A stretch of DNA of 64,000 bases from an uncultured Alphaproteobacteria bacterium. Its GTDB lineage: Bacteria; Pseudomonadota; Alphaproteobacteria; CAAHEQ01; UBA3637. Under the pieces are notes generated by a model, which ran no database searches, was not told where the DNA came from, and saw only the letters and a list, made by a program, of their open reading frames with translations. The position numbers and the translations under genes were made by a program. Of the stretch, positions 31,233 through 40,319 are shown piece after piece (the first letter of the stretch is position 1; every line of letters starts with the position of its first letter). Location of the stretch: contig CANQUX010000006.1 of assembly GCA_947627155.1 (NCBI GenBank), positions 10,894 to 74,893 of the forward strand, given 5' to 3'.

Positions 31233-33497
31233 ATGACGCAACCACTTTTGCATAAACAAAGCACTTCTTTGCAATACAGCGAATTATTGAAAAATATTCG
31301 AAAATGCGTTCCCTTGAAAATATCGGTTGAAGAAAAAATTAATCTGATTATTCGGGAAGTAATAAAAGAATTGCCCGTTGATGTTTGCTCTTGCTATTTA
31401 ATGCGTCCCGGCGATGTGTTGGAGCTTTATGCCACTATGGGATTGAATTTAAAAGCCGTTCATGAAACTTTTTTGCGTTTGGGGGAAGGGTTAATCGGTG
31501 AAATTGCTTTAAAACGAAAATTACAGGCTTTTGAAAACGCGCAGGAACATGCCAGTTATTCCTTTAAACCCGAAACAAACGAACAGCATTTTAAATCATT
31601 GGCGGGCGCCCCCATTCTTTATGAAAATATGTTATTGGGGGTTATCAGCATTCAAACAAAGCAATCGTTTATCTATCCGCCCGAATTGTTAAACGTTCTG
31701 CAAATTATTGCCCTTGTAATGGCCGATATTCTTTATTTATCGGTTGCGGGCAGTCCGGAAAAGAAAATATCAACCGGACATCAGCATAAGAAAATTGAAG
31801 CAACCCGTTTAATTCCCGGCATTGCTCTGGGAAATGCCTATATTCACCGGCGCGCGGTTTTAAATGCCGTTTTGGCCGATGATGTTCATAAAGAAATCAA
31901 AAAATTGGAGGCTGCTTTAAAAACGGCAGAAGATGAAATCAATCATTTGATTATGAAACCCGATACAAAATCGGAACAATCCGGCATTTTGGAAACATAT
32001 CTGATGTTTGTTCACGATAAAGGGTGGCTTCAAAAAATGAAGCAGGAAATTGAAAACGGCTTAACCGCCGAAGCCGCCGTATTAAAGGTTTGTGCCGAAA
32101 TGGTTCGGCGAATGGAGCTGACAAACGATTCATACATTAAAGAGCGGATTCACGATTTTCGCGATTTAACCAGTCGTATTATTCGGCTGCTTCACGGAAA
32201 ACAGCTTGTTTCCGCCAAAAAATTGCCGCGTAACGCCATTTTAATTGCCGAAAGTTTAGGGCCGGCCGAATTGTTGGATTATGATCTTTCGCGCATTAAA
32301 GGCATTGTGCTGGAAGAAGGGTCGCAAACCATGCATGTGGTGATTGTGGCACGCTCGTATAATATTCCCGTTTTATCCGGCATTAAAGATATTTCCGCGC
32401 TGGTCTTGAATAACGATGTGTTGGCGCTGGATGCCGATCGCGGCTTTTTATACATTAACCCCGCCGATGAGGTGTTAGATGAGTTTGAAGCACGATTGAA
32501 AGAACAAAAGCGGTTGCAATCCCGTTTAACGCAAATGGGAGCGCTGCCGGCCGTTACGCAAGACGGATTTTCCGTTTCGCTCAATATCAATGCCGGTTTG
32601 GAAACCGATTTAATGAATGTGCGCGGAGTTACATATGACGGTATCGGTTTGTTTCGAACGGAATTGCCGTTTATGTCAAGCGAAAAACTGCCCGATGTGG
32701 AAACACAAACCGCAATTTACCGGCGCGTCATCAGTGAAATGAAAGATAAACCCGTTGTTTTTCGCTCACTGGATATCGGATCCGATAAAATTTTACCCTA
32801 TTTTGAGAACAGAAACGAAAAAAATCCGGCAATGGGGTGGCGTTCCATTCGGGTCACCTTGGATCGGCGCGCCATTTTGCGCAAGCAATTGCGGGCGTTT
32901 ATTCATGCCGGCGCCGGTAAAACGCTATATGTAATGTTTCCCATGATTTCAACCGTTGCCGAATTTAATCAGGCGCGTCAAACGCTGGAATGGGAATTGC
33001 AACGTGAACGAGAGCTCGGTCATTCAATGCCCGCAGAAATTAAAGTCGGCACAATGCTTGAAGTTCCGTCTTTATTGTTTCAATTGGAGGAACTGGTAAA
33101 ATATGTTGACTTTATTTCCGTCGGCACGAATGATTTAACACAGTTTTTGTTTGCAACCGACAGAAGCAATCCCCTCATCTGGTCGCGGTATGATACTTTG
33201 TCGCCGCCGTTTTTGCGCATGATGCAATTTGTGCAACAAACGTGTGAAAAAGCCAAAATTGAGTGTTCTGTTTGCGGTGAAATGGCCTCTCACCCGCTGG
33301 AAGCGGTTGCGCTCATCGGTTTAGGGTTTAAAAAACTGTCCATGAATCCGGCAGCACTCGGGCGAATTAAAGCGGTTATTCGTTCGATGAATCAAGAAAA
33401 AGTACACGAATTTTTGTTACGGTATCTTTCTGATACAACCGCTACGTTAAGACCTCTGTTACAGGCTTATGTAACCGATCATGAGATTTTTGTTTAA
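31233..33497 (+). CDS. ptsP: Phosphoenolpyruvate-protein phosphotransferase EI-Ntr (GAF + enzyme I)
   Basis: N-terminal GAF, phospho-His in TMHVVIVARS, GIGLFRTE, EKNPAMGWR, SVGTNDL, CGEMA. Confidence 0.92.
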   Translation: MTQPLLHKQSTSLQYSELLKNIRKCVPLKISVEEKINLIIREVIKELPVDVCSCYLMRPGDVLELYATMGLNLKAVHETFLRLGEGLIGEIALKRKLQAFENAQEHASYSFKPETNEQHFKSLAGAPILYENMLLGVISIQTKQSFIYPPELLNVLQIIALVMADILYLSVAGSPEKKISTGHQHKKIEATRLIPGIALGNAYIHRRAVLNAVLADDVHKEIKKLEAALKTAEDEINHLIMKPDTKSEQSGILETYLMFVHDKGWLQKMKQEIENGLTAEAAVLKVCAEMVRRMELTNDSYIKERIHDFRDLTSRIIRLLHGKQLVSAKKLPRNAILIAESLGPAELLDYDLSRIKGIVLEEGSQTMHVVIVARSYNIPVLSGIKDISALVLNNDVLALDADRGFLYINPADEVLDEFEARLKEQKRLQSRLTQMGALPAVTQDGFSVSLNINAGLETDLMNVRGVTYDGIGLFRTELPFMSSEKLPDVETQTAIYRRVISEMKDKPVVFRSLDIGSDKILPYFENRNEKNPAMGWRSIRVTLDRRAILRKQLRAFIHAGAGKTLYVMFPMISTVAEFNQARQTLEWELQRERELGHSMPAEIKVGTMLEVPSLLFQLEELVKYVDFISVGTNDLTQFLFATDRSNPLIWSRYDTLSPPFLRMMQFVQQTCEKAKIECSVCGEMASHPLEAVALIGLGFKKLSMNPAALGRIKAVIRSMNQEKVHEFLLRYLSDTTATLRPLLQAYVTDHEIFV

Positions 33498-33507
33498 AAA
33501 AAAGGGA

Positions 33508-34242
33508 ATGAAAATGAAAACAAAAGCAATTATTTTGGCCGCAGGTATGGGAACGCGTATGGGAACCCCCTGTCCGAAAGTGATGAATCAAATTTGCGGG
33601 CAACCGATGATTAATTTATTGTTGGATACCGTTAAAAAAGCCGATATAAAAGACATAACGGTTGTTATCGGTCCGGAAATGGAGGATGTGAAAGCAGCGG
33701 TTCATCCGCATAAAACGGTTGTGCAACATCACCGTCTCGGAACGGCGCATGCCGTTTTGGCTGCCGAAGAAGAAATACACCCCTTTGAGGGATGTGCTTT
33801 AATTTTATTCGGTGATCAGCCGCTGTTTCGCCCCGAAACATTGCATCAGATTATTGAAAAATGCCAATCCGGTGCCGATATTGTTGTTGTCGGATTTATT
33901 CCCGAAGATGCGCGGCGATACGGTCGTTTAATTATGGGTGAAAACGGCTTGGACGCGATTGTGGAATATAAAGACGCAACCGATGCGCAGCGCTTAATTA
34001 AGCTTTGCAATTCCGGTGTGATGTGTATCAACGGAAAGCATTTGCTGGCTCTTTTAAAACGCATTAAAAACGACAATGCCGCGCAGGAATATTATTTAAC
34101 GGATATTGTCGCGTTAGCAAAAGAAGAAGGATTGCGCCGCGATGTTGTTATCGGAGATGCCAATGAACTCCATGGAATCAACACACCGGAAGAGTTGGAG
34201 TTGGCAGAGGAAATTTTTAAAAAACGAATGGGGAAACAATAA
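33508..34242 (+). CDS. glmU: GlmU-like nucleotidyltransferase, N-terminal domain only
   Basis: ILAAGMGTRM, LGTAHAV, YGRL, IVEYKDA, EYYLTD, GINT; stops before the hexapeptide acetyltransferase domain. Confidence 0.75.
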   Translation: MKMKTKAIILAAGMGTRMGTPCPKVMNQICGQPMINLLLDTVKKADIKDITVVIGPEMEDVKAAVHPHKTVVQHHRLGTAHAVLAAEEEIHPFEGCALILFGDQPLFRPETLHQIIEKCQSGADIVVVGFIPEDARRYGRLIMGENGLDAIVEYKDATDAQRLIKLCNSGVMCINGKHLLALLKRIKNDNAAQEYYLTDIVALAKEEGLRRDVVIGDANELHGINTPEELELAEEIFKKRMGKQ

Positions 34243-34461
34243 ATGATACGTCTTATTTTAATTTTTCTCGGAATTACTCTTATTTGCTTGCTCGGAGCCT
34301 TTTTCGCAACGCCCGATTTTACCATGCCGTGCAGCAACGATTTGTTAATGTGTTTGGAAAACGCCTATTCACTGCCGATTTTGAATCGTTTATGGGAAGG
34401 CGCAAAATGTGTCTGCTCAAACGTTTGGTGCGTATTCAATCAATTTAAGGGGATTTTATGA
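34243..34461 (+). CDS. Small Cys-rich membrane protein
   Basis: 72 aa with N-terminal TM segment; abuts glmU and overlaps glk. Confidence 0.55.
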   Translation: MIRLILIFLGITLICLLGAFFATPDFTMPCSNDLLMCLENAYSLPILNRLWEGAKCVCSNVWCVFNQFKGIL

Positions 34462-35501
34462 GTATATTTTTACTGGCGGATGTGGGCGGAACAAATGTTC
34501 GCTTTGCTTTGTATCAAAAAGAGGAAATCACGGCCTCATCAACCTGTAAAATCAGGCATTTTGATTCGTTTGAAAGTGCCGTTCGTTCTTTTTTGGCACA
34601 AACAAACAGCGGGGTTGACGGTTTTATTATCGGCGCAGCGGGCATTAAAAAAAATAATGTTATTCAATTAACAAACTATCGATGGACAATTGATGCGTTC
34701 CTGCTTAAAACAACATTTCACTTAAAAGAAGTTATTTTGGTGAATGATTTTTCTTTACAAGGGTTGGGTTTAATTGATTGCGAAGTTGCCGATTATGTCA
34801 TATTGGGCAAAGAAGCACTGTTGCCGCAAAACGGTATACGAGCCGTTATCGGTGCCGGTACCGGCTTGGGCGTTTGTTTTTTGGTTCCCGAAAAGGAAAA
34901 TGTTTGGCGTGTGTTTGAATCGGAAGGCGGCCATACTTTAATCGGCAGTATTTCCAAAGGCATGAGTGCCGTTAATCAGGCATTGGCAGAAAAAATCGGC
35001 TACGTTTCGTTTGAACGCGTTATTTCGGGGCCGGGTTTATTATCGCTTTATCGCTTATTAAAAGAAAAAGGGCAGAATTGGATTGATGAAAACTTAAATG
35101 AAGAAATACAAAAAATGGAGACTGCTTTTGCGTTTGCGTTTCAAAATCAACCGACAGCGGCGGAAGCCGCTGTAACGGAACCGGCCGATATTACGAATTT
35201 GGCGCAACAAGGATATCCGCATGCCGTTCTCTGCTGGTGGCTGTTTTTAAAATATTTGGCGGCATTTTGCAGTGATATGGCCGTTACGTTTAAAACAACG
35301 GGCGGTATTTATTTGGTCGGCAATTTATTAAACGATACTTTTGCCCGAAAACTGATTGAGCGCTTTCCGTTTCGGGAAAATTTTGAGCATAAAGGCGTTT
35401 TAAGCGCTTATTTAAAACAAATTCCCGTTTGTTTAACGGTGAAAAAAGATATTCCGCTGGCGGGTTTAAAATATATAGCGCATCACTTAAACAATTGGTA
35501 A
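34458..35501 (+). CDS. glk: Glucokinase-family sugar kinase
   Basis: ADVGGTNVRFA, VNDF, GAGTGLG, SEGGH, ERVISGPGL. Confidence 0.88.
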   Translation: MSIFLLADVGGTNVRFALYQKEEITASSTCKIRHFDSFESAVRSFLAQTNSGVDGFIIGAAGIKKNNVIQLTNYRWTIDAFLLKTTFHLKEVILVNDFSLQGLGLIDCEVADYVILGKEALLPQNGIRAVIGAGTGLGVCFLVPEKENVWRVFESEGGHTLIGSISKGMSAVNQALAEKIGYVSFERVISGPGLLSLYRLLKEKGQNWIDENLNEEIQKMETAFAFAFQNQPTAAEAAVTEPADITNLAQQGYPHAVLCWWLFLKYLAAFCSDMAVTFKTTGGIYLVGNLLNDTFARKLIERFPFRENFEHKGVLSAYLKQIPVCLTVKKDIPLAGLKYIAHHLNNW

Positions 35502-35542
35502 AAAACAAATAAAAAAAAGCCGCTTTGAAACGGCTTTTTTAA

Positions 35543-35619
35543 TGGCGGGAGTGAAGGGGCTCGAACCCTCGACCTTCTGCGTGACAGGCAGACGCTCTAA
35601 CCAGCTGAGCTACACCCCC
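35543..35619 (-). tRNA. tRNA-Asp(GTC)
   Basis: GGGGGTGTAGCTCAGCTGGTTAGAGC...CT-GTC-AC...GTTCGAG...CCA. Confidence 0.96.
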
Positions 35620-35634
35620 AAAAGGGTTTTTAAC

Positions 35635-35711
35635 TGGTGGATGTGGCAAGACTCGAACTTGCGACCCTTACGATGTCAACGTAATACTCTAACCACCTGA
35701 GCTACACATCC
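35635..35711 (-). tRNA. tRNA-Val(GAC)
   Basis: GGATGTGTAGCTCAGGTGGTTAGAG...TT-GAC-AT...GTTCGAGT...CCA. Confidence 0.96.
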
Positions 35712-35916
35712 ACGAAGGAATGAACAGTTTTATACACTGACTTTTTAAAAAAAGCAAGTTTTTTTTTCAAAAAAGTGATATTTTTTTCGTCCTTTTTAAT
35801 TTTTTATAGAAATATCAATTAAATAGATAAAAAAGAAAAAACGCTTGTCATCCCGTTTGTTTTCTGATATAATAATGATTCAGAAAATTTTTTTAACAAT
35901 CGAAAGGAAGAAAATT

Positions 35917-36546
35917 ATGAAATCCGCTGATGCCGTTAATCGTTTTGATGAATGGGGAAACACGCCCTTAATAAATGCTTGTCAGGAAGTTGATTTGGCA
36001 AAAATGAAAAGTTTATTGAAACAAGGGGGCAATCCCAACATTGCGCGCAAAAGTGACGGAAATGCCCCCTTGCATCTTATGACGGGACTTGATGGCGAAC
36101 AAGCGTTGCCGGCGGGTGAATCGTTATTGTTTATGAATGCTTTAATTCAAAGCGGAGCCAATGTTAATTTGGCAAATAAAGAGGGAAAAACGCCGTTAAT
36201 GTTAACCGGTTTGCCGGCAGAAATTGATGTTTTGGTAAAGGCCGGCGCCAAGCTTGATTTGCAAGATCATAACGGGCAAACGGCTTTAATGGCGGCTGCT
36301 CAACAAAACAGAACCGCGGCCGTTATGAAACTGCTTCAACATGGTGCGTCTCCGAATGTGCAAGATAAGCAGGGAAAAACAGCGTTGATGATTGCAAAGG
36401 AAGCAGGTAATGCCGAAGTAATTGACTTGTTAAGTAAAGCCAATACTATAAAGGAAGAGCCGCATGTTAATAAATATTTGCGGCAGTTTCCTCGGGTTGA
36501 AGAAGCGGATCATTCAAATAAGCCTGAAAATCAAGCTTCCCGATAA
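35917..36546 (+). CDS. Ankyrin-repeat protein
   Basis: GNTPLINA, GKTPLM, GQTALMAA, GKTALMIA; start at MKSAD after GAAAGGAAG. Confidence 0.85.
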   Translation: MKSADAVNRFDEWGNTPLINACQEVDLAKMKSLLKQGGNPNIARKSDGNAPLHLMTGLDGEQALPAGESLLFMNALIQSGANVNLANKEGKTPLMLTGLPAEIDVLVKAGAKLDLQDHNGQTALMAAAQQNRTAAVMKLLQHGASPNVQDKQGKTALMIAKEAGNAEVIDLLSKANTIKEEPHVNKYLRQFPRVEEADHSNKPENQASR

Positions 36547-36653
36547 ATTAAAATAAAAGCTTGTTTTTGTTTTAAAACAGGGTGTTATAAAAAATGCATC
36601 CTGTTTTTTTATGCTCAAAGCAAAAATTGTTCATCTTATTATCTGCACAAAAT

Positions 36654-36809
36654 AAACGTACGATTTTTGCAACACTTTTTTTTGATTTTTTCAAAAAAAA
36701 TTTTTTTAAGGCACAATTTTTTGATTTTTAAAGGTTTTTTACTTGTTTGTTTGGCTTTTTGTAAGTGCTTGAAAAGTGTCGAAAAAATCGTTGCATTAAA
36801 GGTACGTTT
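36654..36809. promoter_or_regulatory. Invertible promoter cassette 5 (B arm proximal, predicted OFF/low)
   Basis: AAACGTACGATTTTTGCAAC 36654-36673 and GTTGCATTAAAGGTACGTTT 36790-36809, then TATGCT. Confidence 0.82.
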
Positions 36810-36932
36810 AATTTATGCTATTTGTTGAGAGAAAATTTCTCTCGATAGGGAAAACAAGGTATTAACACCTTAAAAATAAACGTTTTTTGGCTCGGGGAGC
36901 TTAAAAAACAACATAAATGAAAGGACAAAAAA

Positions 36933-37382
36933 ATGAAAAGAACAAATGAATCAGGCCGTTCCATGGTTGAAATGCTCGGCGTTTTGGCCATTATCGGCGT
37001 TTTATCGATCGGCGGTATTGCCGGTTATTCCATGGCCATGAACCGCTATCGTGCGAATGAAGCATTAGATATGGCCAATAAATTTGCCGTGGTTGTTTAT
37101 TCCAGCTATCAAACGGCAAGTGCTATGGGCAATGCTTGGTCAACCCCCACGTTAGCCAGTTCCGGTTTAGTTAATTCCGGCAGCACCAGCACCGGCGGCA
37201 AAACACCGGGCGGTGCAACCATTACATATTCGGGTGATGAGACTAACTTAAAAAAAGGTATTGTAAAATTAGATATTGAATTTCCGACAGATGCCGTTTG
37301 CAAAGCCGCACAAAGCATTTTGGGCTCAACGACTGCATGTGCTTCTGCCAAGTTATCAGGTATCGAATTTAAACAGAGCTAA
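36933..37382 (+). CDS. Short type IV pilin B
   Basis: Same N-terminus as pilin A, variable C-terminal half; 149 aa. Confidence 0.88.
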   Translation: MKRTNESGRSMVEMLGVLAIIGVLSIGGIAGYSMAMNRYRANEALDMANKFAVVVYSSYQTASAMGNAWSTPTLASSGLVNSGSTSTGGKTPGGATITYSGDETNLKKGIVKLDIEFPTDAVCKAAQSILGSTTACASAKLSGIEFKQS

Positions 37383-37392
37383 CACCTTATTT

Positions 37393-37477
37393 GCTTTAAA
37401 AAGTGCGTCTTTTTAAGGCAAAGAACGGCGGGCAGGACGGTTTTTCTTGAGTTTCCGCCCTGCCCGTTGTTTTTTTT
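37393..37477 (+). terminator. Pilin 3' double hairpin and terminator
   Basis: GCTTTAAAAAG..CTTTTTAAGGC then AACGGCGGGCAGG...CCTGCCCGTTGTT and a T-run. Confidence 0.75.
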
Positions 37478-37516
37478 ATAAAGTGATTGAAATATAAATA
37501 AAATATGGTGTTGCAA

Positions 37517-37672
37517 AAACGTACGTTTTTTGCAACACTTTTTTTTGATTTTTTCAAAAAAAATTTATTTTGGTCGGAATTCATTGATTTTTCGGCTGTT
37601 TTTTAGGAATGATTTTTGGCAGTTTAAGGGCAAATTTTGTCCCGGAATCCGCGTTGCATTAAAGGTACGTTT
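37517..37672. promoter_or_regulatory. Invertible promoter cassette 6 (B arm proximal, predicted OFF/low)
   Basis: AAACGTACGTTTTTTGCAAC 37517-37536 and GTTGCATTAAAGGTACGTTT 37653-37672; interior homologous to cassette 2 but flipped relative to the gene. Confidence 0.82.
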
Positions 37673-37793
37673 AATTTATGCTATTTGTTGAGAGAAAATT
37701 TCTCTCGATAGGGAAAACAAGGCATTAACGCCTTAAAAATAACGTTTTTTGGCTCGGGGAGCTTAAAAAACAACATAAATGAAAGGATAAAAA

Positions 37794-38294
37794 ATGAAAA
37801 CAACAAACGAATCCGGTCGGTCAATGGTTGAAATGCTTGGCGTTTTGGCCATTATCGGCGTTTTATCCATCGGCGGTATTGCCGGCTATTCCATGGCTAT
37901 GAACCGCTATCGTGCCAATGAAGCATTAGATGTTGCCAACAAATACGCCGTTATTTTATATGCCGGTTATCAAACAGCACAAGCAACGGGAGGCACTTTT
38001 TCAGCTCCTGATTTGGAAGGTGCCGGTTTAACGACAAGTGGTAAAAAAACACAAACCCCGGGCGGTGCCACAATTACACATGGCTCTACCTCAAATAATG
38101 ATTTGAAAGACGGCGTTGTAGAACTGAAAATTGAATTCACGTCAGGCGGTGTGTGTAAAGCCGCAGCCAGTATTTTAGGCATTAGCGCTGCTTCATCTAC
38201 CTCATCCGTTGCCGAAACGCCTTACAGTTGTAAATCAAGTTCAAGTTGCACCGATAGCGGCGGATCAATTACTTATTGTTTCAGACAAAGCTGA
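37794..38294 (+). CDS. Short type IV pilin C
   Basis: Same prepilin N-terminus; Ser-rich C-terminus with 4 Cys; 166 aa. Confidence 0.88.
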   Translation: MKTTNESGRSMVEMLGVLAIIGVLSIGGIAGYSMAMNRYRANEALDVANKYAVILYAGYQTAQATGGTFSAPDLEGAGLTTSGKKTQTPGGATITHGSTSNNDLKDGVVELKIEFTSGGVCKAAASILGISAASSTSSVAETPYSCKSSSSCTDSGGSITYCFRQS

Positions 38295-38413
38295 CAGATT
38301 TTTGTTTTAAAAAGCGCTGCTTTTAAGGCAAAAAACAGCGGGTAGAACGACTTTTCTTGAGTTTTAAGTCTCTGCCCGTTGTTTTTTTATATGAAGCTGA
38401 CCGAATTTAAAAA

Positions 38414-39019
38414 TTATTCGCGTGTATGCTCGTTCTTTTGCGGTAAATAATTCTTTTTGGAGGCAACAAGTCTTGAATCATCGGGGAACATAAGAACCAC
38501 CTGCCCCGTGTTTTTCATGGTAACACCGATTTTTTCCGCTGTTTCCTTTAAATTAACCGAATTATCAAGAGCTTCTCTCATGTTGGCGCCGCTATCTAAC
38601 AGTAATACAACCATATCTCTGTTTTGGTGACTTATGGCAGTAGAAAGCGCCGTAAAACCGTAAACGTTCCGCGGTTTCACATCGGCATGCAAAGCCAACA
38701 AAGCCTCAACCAAATCAACGTTTTCACTGGCAACCGCTTTCATTAACGGTGTGTAACCGAACTTGTCTTGCGCATTGATTAAAGCCCCTTTTTGATTCAT
38801 TAAAAACAAGGCTTCCTTCGTGCGCCCTTCTTCACAATAAAGCATTAACGGCGTATAGCCGCGTTTATCGGGCGCATTTAAATCAAGTTTTGATTTTTCT
38901 AATTCTTCAAGCGAACATAAGCCGTTTTCCTGAATATAATCAACCAATTTTTCATATCTTTTTTTACTCTTGCCGAACAATCTTGTCATTTTAGAGAAAT
39001 AATATTTAAATTTTTCCAT
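38414..39019 (-). CDS. Ankyrin-repeat protein
   Basis: GYTPLMLY, GYTPLMKAV, GFTALSTAI. Confidence 0.82.
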   Translation of the reverse strand: MEKFKYYFSKMTRLFGKSKKRYEKLVDYIQENGLCSLEELEKSKLDLNAPDKRGYTPLMLYCEEGRTKEALFLMNQKGALINAQDKFGYTPLMKAVASENVDLVEALLALHADVKPRNVYGFTALSTAISHQNRDMVVLLLDSGANMREALDNSVNLKETAEKIGVTMKNTGQVVLMFPDDSRLVASKKNYLPQKNEHTRE

Positions 39020-39101
39020 AAGAAATTCTCCTTATCTTTTTGTGTTTACCGAACAATAGTGCTATTTTACAGCAACAATATTTATTTGTCAAGAATTATT
39101 T

Positions 39102-40304
39102 TTATTTTAACGTAAAAAATCCGCGTTTCCCGATTTTTAATTGAACGGGCTCATTTGTTTTGGTTAAAACCATATAAACATCGGTCACTTTATTCCCGTT
39201 CACCGAAACCGCACCGGATTCAATCAATCGCCGAACGGCGGATTTGCTTTGTCCGATAAGCTTTGCACCCAAATCCAATAAGCCGATTGTGCCTTCCGGT
39301 GCAACGGTTTCCCACAAAACCTCCTGAAATTCTTTGGTATCAAACCCCTTTTGCTGCACCTGTTTATAAAAAAACGCTTCCGCTGCTCGGGCGGCCTCTT
39401 CCGAATGATATTGCTTAACAATGTTAAACGCGATTCGTTTTTTAATTGCCATCGGATTTTCCGTTTCGTTTTTATAAGCCGCCGTCATATTGCTTTTTTC
39501 GGCCGGTGTCCAATCGGTGGTTAATTCAATCCATTCGGGAATGAGAAAATCGGGAATGGACATGGTTTTGCCGTACATATCGTTCGGCTCCTCCGTCAGC
39601 CCGATATAATTGCCTTTCGATTTGCTCATTTTAATATGGCCGTCTAACCCGCACAAAAGCGGCATGGTCAACACAACCTGCCCGGGCTTGCCCATGGTTT
39701 CCTGCAAGGCTTTACCGAACAAACAATTCAATAACTGATCGCGCCCGCCAAACTCAATATCGGCGTTAATTGAAACCGAATCATACCCTTGAATGAGCGG
39801 ATAAATTAACTCGTGCAAGGCAATGGGAATGCTGTTTTCATATCTGTTTTTAAAATCTTCCCGCTGCATAATTTGCGACAACGTGGCTTTGGAAAGCAAT
39901 TTTAAAACATCGGCAAAAGAAAGCTTGCCCAACCAATCATTATTGTAATGAATGTGAATTTTAGACGTATCGAGAACTTTAGACAGCTGCGCCACATAGG
40001 TTTCGGCGTTATGCTTTACTTCCTCCTCCGTTAACGGCGGACGCATGGTGTTTCTTCCGGAGGGATCACCGATTAAAGCCGTAAAATTGCCGACAATCAA
40101 ATGAATTTCATGCCCGGCCGATAAAAAATCACGAATTTTTTTCAGCGCCACCGCATGCCCCAAATGCAAATCCGGCGCGGTCGGATCCATACCGAATTTA
40201 ACAATTAACGGACGCTTTTCCTTTTCGGCCGTTGCCAGCTTTTCCTTTAAACCGTTTGCCGGTGTAATGCTTTCAATGCCTCTTGCCAATTCTTCATACG
40301 TCAT
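39102..40304 (-). CDS. tyrS: Tyrosine--tRNA ligase
   Basis: GMDPTAPDLHLGH, YPLIQGYDS, GGRDQ, KMSKS, C-terminal S4 domain. Confidence 0.96.
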   Translation of the reverse strand: MTYEELARGIESITPANGLKEKLATAEKEKRPLIVKFGMDPTAPDLHLGHAVALKKIRDFLSAGHEIHLIVGNFTALIGDPSGRNTMRPPLTEEEVKHNAETYVAQLSKVLDTSKIHIHYNNDWLGKLSFADVLKLLSKATLSQIMQREDFKNRYENSIPIALHELIYPLIQGYDSVSINADIEFGGRDQLLNCLFGKALQETMGKPGQVVLTMPLLCGLDGHIKMSKSKGNYIGLTEEPNDMYGKTMSIPDFLIPEWIELTTDWTPAEKSNMTAAYKNETENPMAIKKRIAFNIVKQYHSEEAARAAEAFFYKQVQQKGFDTKEFQEVLWETVAPEGTIGLLDLGAKLIGQSKSAVRRLIESGAVSVNGNKVTDVYMVLTKTNEPVQLKIGKRGFFTLK

Positions 40305-40319
40305 TTTTTTTCCTTTCTG

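Noticed and set aside
36796-36811. TTAA...TTAA in the B junction as a CtrA box (a CckA-like kinase is nearby)
   Set aside because: Spacing is TTAA-N8-TTAA rather than the N7 consensus, and it would not explain paired sites at fixed distance in two orientations.
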